DNA of 56,424 nucleotides, counting the filler, from Sphacelaria rigidula (taxonomy: Eukaryota), in NCBI GenBank assembly GCA_964200075.2. It is 6 parts of 6 records of this genome, joined end to end, with 100 filler letters (N's around TTAATTAATTAA, not from the genome) between each part and the next. Parts side by side here need not be neighbours in the genome. Positions count along the whole stretch, not along the records: positions 47,105 to 56,424 come from CAXNAA020008758.1; 5 more parts are not named here. One strand, written 5' to 3'. This document shows positions 48,488-56,424 of this stretch, piece by piece. Made by a program: the position numbers and the translations under genes. The notes under the pieces were generated by a model, which searched no databases, was not told where the DNA came from, and worked only from the letters and a program-made list of their open reading frames with translations. Within the stretch, counting starts at the first letter, position 1. The number at the start of each line of letters is the position of its first letter.

Positions 48488-50079
48488 GTGTGATTCTAAG
48501 GGGAGGGTTGCTGGAATCCAGGGAAGTCCATGCGCCCCGTACGTATAGAGTCGTTGTCCAGCGCTAATACGTGGATATGCCCCAAGCGAGGGGCCCCACA
48601 TCGGGAAATGGCTGCACCATCGCCAATACTAACTCTAAGTTATCAAATGTAATGAACGTGAGATTAATACACGTGCGGTGCAGTGCAGAAACTACCATCG
48701 GGCATCATCCAGCAATCAGGGGGTACCCCCCCACACACATAGATTCGCGTCCTCCCCCCTGTCCCCTCCCCCGCCCCCTCCTCCAACCCCAAAATGAGGT
48801 TTTTGCGGCCTGGGGGGGCGGTGGTGCAACCATTTCCCAATATGGGCCCCCCTGGCCCCAAGTGTGGGATCTAGACCGACTGAACTTTATTCAAGTAATC
48901 ATGATTGGCTATACTTGATCCGAGTAATTTGTTGCCCTGTATTGCCCTACACTAGAGTCAAGTACCGATATATACCTATCAACACAGGGGTCCGCCAGGA
49001 GGGAATTTCTAGACACGTAACCCCCCCTCCCTCTCGGAAGGCAATTTTCCCAAAGTGGTGATGATTTTTGTGTTTTTTCATGTCAAATATTGTTGAAAAA
49101 GTGATAGAAAAACAAACACCGACAAAACCGAAACGTCCAGTGGGTTTTGCGAGGTTCGTATATTGCTTCTGCTCCTTCCCTGCTCTGTCCCGATGACCTC
49201 GGATGCCGGCCACGCTCACACACACGTATGCACACAAGCGCACGATAGCGACAACCTGTAGCCAAAGTAGCGACATCATCTCACGTCTTGCCAAACTTGC
49301 CCGGGGTGCTGGTAGGTACTCGAGGCACTCGACACGGGACATGATCCCGTAAATGTAATCGTGGTAAGTGATCGATGTGGCGAACGTTGCCCGAATCGGT
49401 CTGCCCCGCTTACTCGTGCGTACCGGTGTACACAGCAGCCGACCGCATGCGCCAACACCTCGGCCATAAATGAGGGAATAATAGGCTGGGTTATCCCGCC
49501 CCCCTCGGCCCTAACCCCCATCCTCACTCAAAACTTAAATTTTCGATCTTGGAGCCTACGTGTCCAGACATTTTCTCCCGGCAGACCGTTGGTTAACAAC
49601 CGATTCTCAAAAGTGATTTTAAACACAAAAATTAAGTTCAAACAGCATAACTAATACTCAGGAATGGTGCGAAACAGTTATACCAAGGGAAAGCATCCCC
49701 TCCCCCCCCAAACTTCTGTAGCAGTTATTAAGACGGTGTGGCTAGGTGCACCGAACGAATGCGGTGTACACGCGCGCCGATGATGTCACCAGAGAGAGGA
49801 GCAACGACGGAGAGGAAGCTTCTTGCCGGTGTCTTTTGCGTGTCCTAGTTCGGCGATTCCCAATTGCTCGAGATATTGACATCATGTTACCATCACATAC
49901 CCAAGTTGCCATTTGTCGGCAGGCGGGTTATTGTGGCACATCACCAGAAACACGATCGGGTTACACACGGTTGTCGTCTCCTGTCTGTGACGCTGACCAA
50001 TGCAAAGGTCGATCCCCCTCTGCCTCTCTGCTTCGACAGGACGTGCCTCTGTGCGCATTAGAACACGTCGTCGAAAAGC

Positions 50080-50480
50080 AGGGCGATGTTCTTGTCACCG
50101 CTAATGCCCTCTCTCACGCACACATGCGAGTAAGGACGGTTGCGCCGTTTCGCCAAGGTCTAATAATCGCAAGCTGGGTTTTTTTATTGTAATCGTTGAT
50201 TCCACCCGACATGTGCAAAACAAGGACAAGAGTCTGCCACATCCCAGTTGGGGGGACGTATGAGAAATCAAACACTCGTGTAGCGGCGATGTTCCCGTCA
50301 CCGTTACTGTTCTCTCACAGACATGCTAGCAAGGACGGTGTAGCGGCAATACCAAGATCCAATCGCAACGTGGTGGGGGGTGTTATTGTCATGGTTGATC
50401 TTACCCGACTTGTGTGTTCACAAGAACGAGTTTGCCACACCCCAGTTGGGAGGATGTGTGAGAGATCAAACACTCATAGA
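50080..50480. repeat. Degenerate tandem duplication, ~200-bp unit
   Basis: ggcgatgttc..gtcaccg..aaggacggt..ttattgt..gttgat..acccgac..tgccaca.cccagttggg..atcaaacactc occurs twice. Confidence 0.7.
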
Positions 50481-51063
50481 GATCTTCTTGGCATGCGGAG
50501 TGAAGAAAGCTAACGCTGGCGATCATCTGGTAATCTGAGCTGTTCTGATGTACAACCGGTCGGGTGCTCACCAGACTGTGTGTGTGCCTGTGTGTTGCAA
50601 TGGAAAAAAAAATGCCATGCGATGCCGTGCTAAGCTGAGACGAGATAGACGAAGTTATGGTTTCACCAGGAACAAGGGTGCTCTATGATCAAGCACTTGC
50701 CGTTGCATTTGTGACCCACGCCGTCAAGCGCCGACGCAACCGTCGTGGCAACAATAGCTTCTGAGCAGAGTGGTCGGCATATTATCACGCCAAACAATCC
50801 GGGACAGCTTTCGTTACTCTGCGTACATGTACTGACTGCCTGTAAAACAACTGTCATAGCACCGAATTCGACAGTTCGTGTACAATTGTACAGTTTCGTT
50901 TCCTTTGACTTGTTACTCCTTCTGTTGTTCTTGATAACACGCATTGGAGCAGACATTTCGCAATGTTTTGTCGAGGTAGACAGGTGACGACTGCACTTCT
51001 TTCTCATCCTCCTTTTCATTGCCTCCCACCCGTCTGCCGCCCGTTTCCCAAACCTAATGTTAG

Positions 51064-54000
51064 ATGCTAGCCTCTAACAACATAATGTACGATCGCAGGG
51101 TGGTTCGGGGCAACACCTACGCAGCGCAGGTGGTAACCCAGAGTGCACAGCGAGAATCAAGTCGGCTCAGACAGGAACACGAGAGACGAATGCGTCTGGA
51201 AGCGCTGCGCCGCCGTCAGGTATGGTAGATTAAGGGCATTGCATTAACAAATGGAAATGCACTTTGTATTGTGGTATTACCAGTCGTATGATCGTCCTGC
51301 TGGCCAAAGAACACAGCTCTCAATCATGTGCTGTCGTTACTACCACCAAAGAAAAATGATCGAATTCAAGATAAGCACTACTCCACCGCTGACCATAACC
51401 GTGGTATCACGCTACTGTACTCGATGGTCGGACATTCACAGGGTTCTAACCAGCAGCAGCGAAGCCGGGGACAAACGCCCACTTATTCCAACAATCATAC
51501 CTCCCCCTCCAATCTCTATTGCACCATCTCTTTTAACAAAAAAATAGTGTCTTCACTCGACATTGTTGCCGCTCAGAAACCTTATACTGCGATGGCGTCC
51601 GTTTGACGCCACAAGTCTCCATCCTCTGCTGTCCCAACCCCAAACCTGTGGCGCTATTCCGGTGCACCAGGAGGCGGAATTTTCCCGTATGCCTCGGACA
51701 CCGCCTCCTGTCGGCGGTCGCATGCACATGGACGCACAGACGGAAGAATTTCTCGAAGAGCTCACCGACCGCCCGACTGAGGTGAGGTGCATCAGATAGC
51801 CGAGGGCTCACAGTCATTGGTGCAACTCATCGGTACCCATAGACACCTGCAGGTACCCATGAGCGCAAGTAGATGAAGTCATGACAACGCACAAAGTTGG
51901 GGTGCTGGCGGGCACTCATGTTCGCCCGGCACTGCCCGTGGAAAAACTGTGCCACAACCCGAGATTGATCGTGGGAGCTCGTGAGACACGTGAAGGCTCT
52001 CCTGACATTGTGCAACCGCGAGCAAACGACCCATAGTGGTCGAAGTTTCAAGTACTGGTAGTACATCTGTTCACACAACGGCGGAGGGCAAGCGATATAC
52101 GTAGTTACACATCAAGTTTGACGTACGTCTTCAGGGTCTGCTGTATCGGAAGGAGAAGAATGTGTCCAACAGGTAGGTCTGCTTGGGTTTGTTGACACCA
52201 ATTTGAACTACTTGAAGCCCAACTTACTCGCAGGGCAATGTATAATCGTAGCCACCACAGGCCGCACGTGTAAGTTCGTGACACACATCTGCAGCATGAG
52301 ACTCGTGCCAATTTTACAGACCCACTGTCCCCGGCTAAACAAAGCGTAGCTCGAGCCACATAGTTGTGTATACTGTGTACGCGTATGTTGCGGGAGTCTG
52401 TAGGTCGTTGGAGACTCCAAGGAAGGGGGTGTGTTTTCTCGTCGCGTCATTTGTGGTGCCTACACAAACCTGAGTACACCAAAGACGCATCAAGTTTTGC
52501 TGTGGCGTTGTTGGTTGACATGCTTCTAAGGCCTTGTAAGCGGATGATCACGCATAGAAAGGTGGATTACGAACCACCGGCCTCGAACTCCCTCCAAAGT
52601 CTTCAATAACGCAAACCATCCAGGCCAAAATCGTGACCTTCGTGCATGTTTCTCTAAAATGCACATGAGTCGAACAACAGCTTCGCGCGGAACGAGTTGC
52701 TTGTGTGTATGCAGTTCGTCATCGACGTGTTTTGTACCAGCTTTGTGTTGATGGAACGGTAGCGGCTTCGAGGGCATCTCGTGCAAGGCAGAGGTTTCAC
52801 CGATCCACCATTGGATCATAACGTCTTGCCGGAGCTTCCCCTGTGTCCGCTTGGGTTTGGTTTGGCGGCCGTCCCAGTTTGAGGAGGAGCTCGAACAATC
52901 GTTTCGATGACAAGAGAGTAAGGATAACTCTGAAGACTAAGTTGAACTGCTTCAGATGAATTCAGGTATCATGAGGACTGAGAACTATCCCCGGCAAACG
53001 AACGTACTTCCGTCTCAGAGTTGAGAAAGGGCCGGGTACCAGAATTCCTCAACCTGAGAAACATAAGCACGTAATACTACACGAGGAGGCTCCTACCAAC
53101 CGAAATCAACATCTGGCGAAAGGGCAGTTTATTAGGTACTCGTACCAGCTCTTAAAATTCCTGATATACACCAAGAATAGCTTGTCTTAAAGTCACCCTC
53201 AATTTGAACGTACGGGTATCGTTCTTTGTTTTTTTCCCGTCATGCTCTCAGCCCCTCCCCTTTCTCGGGACGAGTGCGTGGTTTCAAGGATCAACCAATC
53301 TCTCCTCCTGGGATGTTATGTGACTTGAGTTCACCACGTTGTCAAAGTTAGTCAGTCGATCTCGATGTGATGAATAGCGGATTGATTCTAGTGTGGTGAA
53401 AACCGCGTGCTTCCTATACGCTCAATACCCGACCGGTTGTGTTCAATTTGTACTGCCTCGAAAGAAGTGCTTGGTTTCTGCAGCCACGTGGCTAAAAAAA
53501 GAGTAAAGTAGCGACTTGGTTTCAGCCGCCTCACGCTCTTCCAATCTCAGCCACTTCCGTCATATCCTGTTGAACCCCGAAGAGGTGGATGGGTCGTTGT
53601 CTACAGCTGCTGGAGCGCCTCCCCCGCAAAATGCTTTAAAACAGTATGGGCGATGACGATCACTGATAGTAGAAAGGTGTCGACCACGAGTTTTCATGTG
53701 TCACGTTTTGTCTTCCTTCTGTTTTTGGTGAACGCAACCAGGGGTATATTCCATGCCGGAACGAGCAGAGGTTAACATGTGTACCCATTGGTTCCCGTGG
53801 TCGCGCGCATGAGTGTAGGTGGGTGCTCACGGCCCCCCATACGTCATCATGCACAACCAATACTGCCCATAGTGACCGGCGAGCTAGCAGACTAACCACG
53901 AACAACCATGGGCACACGTGGGTTCACCCATGATGCGCTCCATCATCCACCGTTGCCCACTGGACAGCACAGCACAAGTACCGGTGGGCATTCATGGGTA

Positions 54001-55628
54001 CCGACGAATATCCACTGGTACTCATGAGTAAACCATGGTCCCACCCCACGAAGTGCAGAGGTCCCGAAATTACCACTTAGGGGAGTTCTGACAGTCGATG
54101 GTGTAGAGTGGGTAAATGATGTATGCCTTTGATATGACAAGCAGATAATTGAAAGTCAGAAGGTGTTTTCGATGTATCTATCAGACAGCGTGCACTGGTT
54201 GGTGTCAATATTCTGGTCTCTACCTACATGGAGTTTGAGCAGCACACGTCGCGAAGTATGACGTAGATACATCGGGGGTCGGTACAAGCGCTGACCACGT
54301 GACTGAGAAGCGAGTGAGGATAAATTCTGGAGGAGCACTCGTTGATGAAACTCAACAACAACACGTTTTGCGGTGACATGACTGTGGACTAACATGGACT
54401 TATTCGCTGTCGCTCTGTAGTGAAAGAAAAGAGCAAGTGATGAACTGTGGCTCGACTGCTGCGGTAACCAGCGCGCTCTAAACACCAAGTGAGTCTAACA
54501 TACCTTTTGTAGATCACCCTCTCTAGCCTGTTGCCCACAACAATGGTGACCAAGGAATTGCACCGCGTAACAATGCGCTCGGGGGAAGTGTGTTTTGTTC
54601 GACAGAGCACGAGAACCCCCCATGTTTTTATATCTCGACCATGACATGATTGGCACGCTGAGCTGTATTCGCTCCGTTCTTTCACGAGCATGAAGGGTTG
54701 GACTACCATTGAAATGCACCGCCAAATAAGACAACATACTAGCCAACGTCCTTTTTCTACAACAAAACTCACCTGCACACGGTATAATATATTTTCTTGC
54801 AGCACAATCGACGAAACTTGTTTGGTCTGCAATTGTGAAGTACCCGCCCCCCGCGAGGTCAAAGGTCTTATGACTATGGCATGCATGATCATGAGTACCC
54901 CCCCCCCCCCCCCTCCCTCCGCACGCGCGTGCGTTTTTAGCCATTGACATTTGCAAATTCCCTGAACTGAGTGTATCGGTACACATCCCCCTTGTCGATG
55001 GGTTGACGACTGCAGGTGGCCGCGGAGACCCAAACGGAGGCATTCATGGATCGTCCGCCATCCCCACTTTTTGTGCCAGCGAAAAGTGGGGTAGACGCAG
55101 AAACCCAGGTGGTGGTTGGCGAACTATTTGACTTCGATCTGGAGGTAAGCTGGGTTCGAAATAAAGTGTGGGAGAGCAGAGCGTCTTCTTGCTCGACGCG
55201 ATCACCAACCACGATACCATTAGTGGTTCTGACCCAGGAGTAGAGCCAATTTGTTTGTGCGGAATGGTACTCGAACCGGCGAGGCATACCCTAACTCGAG
55301 AAATTAGAAATCAACATTCTGAAGTCATAGGTTTCAAGTCCTTGTACTGTGACCTTGGCAAGGTGCCACCTGAATCCTAGGATGCTACACCCGCGCAAAT
55401 GCCTATTGTGTAGCGACCTGTAACGTCTCGTTGAGGGATATGTTGTGTGCGACACGAAGCGAACAGGTCAGCGTGCCAAGTCCCGCACAAACAAACTTTC
55501 ATGTTGTACATGTTCCATTTATTTTCGTTTCCCGTGGTATTTTTACCGGCGTTTGTTCCCAGGTAGAGCCTATCCTGGAAGTACTGGTCGGCAAGACACT
55601 CGAACTAAGCGTACTGGAGCTTATGGAG
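51064..55628 (+). CDS. RSP3: Flagellar radial spoke protein 3, partial. Exons 51064-51219, 51671-51781, 55016-55144, 55563-55628
   Basis: Spliced translation contains NIMYDRRVVRGNTYA, TPPPVGGRMHMDAQTEEFLEELTDRP, TQTEAFMDRPPSPLFVPAKSGVDAETQV..GELFDFDLEVEPILEVLVGKTLE. All introns are phase 0 and GT-AG. Confidence 0.96.
54853..54898 (+). repeat. 3' end of repeat family B between C-runs
   Basis: gcgaggtcaaaggtcttatgactatggcatgcatgatcatgagtac plus poly(C), matching 56306-56351. Confidence 0.7.
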
Positions 55629-56062
55629 GTAAGTAAATCAAGACCTCGTGTGCGCGTTTGCTTAGGAAGGGTAGCCCTCGGCTTTCACTGGCACAGCCTT
55701 GTTGCTTCGTTGTCGCGGAGAGTGTAGTATGTTTTCGGATGAACGCTGACGCCGTATCGTAGCTTCAGACGCATCTGCATCTGTCTGGTGAATGAACCCC
55801 TTCGCCGAACGAGCTTTACGTGCGTGTTCCGAACAAGGGCAGATGCCGTGACACTCCAAACCGTCAGGATATCTCCTCAATAACTTTCTCAGCCGTATTT
55901 AGTGCACTCAACCACCTTCACCGAAACAGCGCACTATGATTGATCACGATATGAATTGTTCTTCTCCAATGGATGAGTTCACGACAGCAATGATGTTTTT
56001 CGACTACATCGCCAACAGCTGAAGTCTTCAATGTTGCCCCCCCCCCTCCCCCCCCCCGAACT

Positions 56063-56127
56063 GCTCCGTCTCGAAAGGGATGCGTGGTCTATGGTCAAAC
56101 GACGAAGGCAAGCAACAAATGAGTACG
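56063..56127 (+). mobile_element. 65-nt mini-element (3' end of family A)
   Basis: Same start and end as the 28002 and 48487 copies. Flanks are cccccccgaact and ccccccccaact. Confidence 0.85.
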
Positions 56128-56142
56128 CCCCCCCCAACTACC

Positions 56143-56424
56143 CTAATGGGCGCTCAAAGGTTAGAGGTGTCTCTATTAGCAGTAAGAACAGTGCTCCATC
56201 TCAAAAGGGATTCGTGGACAATGGTCAAACGACCAAGGCAAGCAACGAATGAGTACGCCTGGTCTGGCGAAAACCCGGTGTGCTCCGTCCCGGCTTTGTA
56301 GGAATGCGAGGTCGATGGTCTTATGAATACGGCATGCATAGTCATGAGTACCCCCCCCCCCCCCACCCCCCTCACCTCTAGACTCTTGGGCTGGCGTCGA
56401 GTGGCAACGGCGCTGTAAAACAAG
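56143..56424 (+). repeat. Tandem cluster of repeat fragments: family A (56143-56257), B (56258-56351) and C (56380-56424)
   Basis: Sequence matches to copies elsewhere in the window. Confidence 0.75.

Overview
Eukaryotic, intron-rich and repeat-rich nuclear DNA, most consistent with a brown alga or related flagellated stramenopile. This is inferred from short exons, long introns, a flagellar RSP3 gene and the repeat types. The window is not one locus. It consists of six contigs of 9321, 9321, 9321, 9321, 9320 and 9320 bp joined by identical artificial 100-bp linkers (44 N + TTAATTAATTAA + 44 N), so adjacency across linkers has no biological meaning. Partial spliced genes with phase-consistent exons: an LMBR1/LIMR-family membrane protein (-), a low-complexity unknown protein (-) head-to-head with a Sec23-like COPII gene (+), a phage-type (mitochondrial) RNA polymerase RpoT (-) and radial spoke protein 3 (+). 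A single terminal exon has a ZU5-like end and an HFC motif (-). Mobile DNA includes an internally deleted 1000-bp mariner with intact TIRs and TA TSD, a hAT-like non-autonomous element with an 8-bp TSD, a degraded Ty1/copia RT, piggyBac-like and other fold-back MITEs, and many 3' fragments of a non-LTR retroelement. The two most interesting signals are (1) a poly(A)-less, C-tract-associated LINE family with a recurrent 65-nt mini-element and (2) a ZU5-like HFC putative autoproteolysis site upstream of a Gly-rich amphipathic beta-hairpin. No CRISPR array, rRNA or convincing tRNA was seen.
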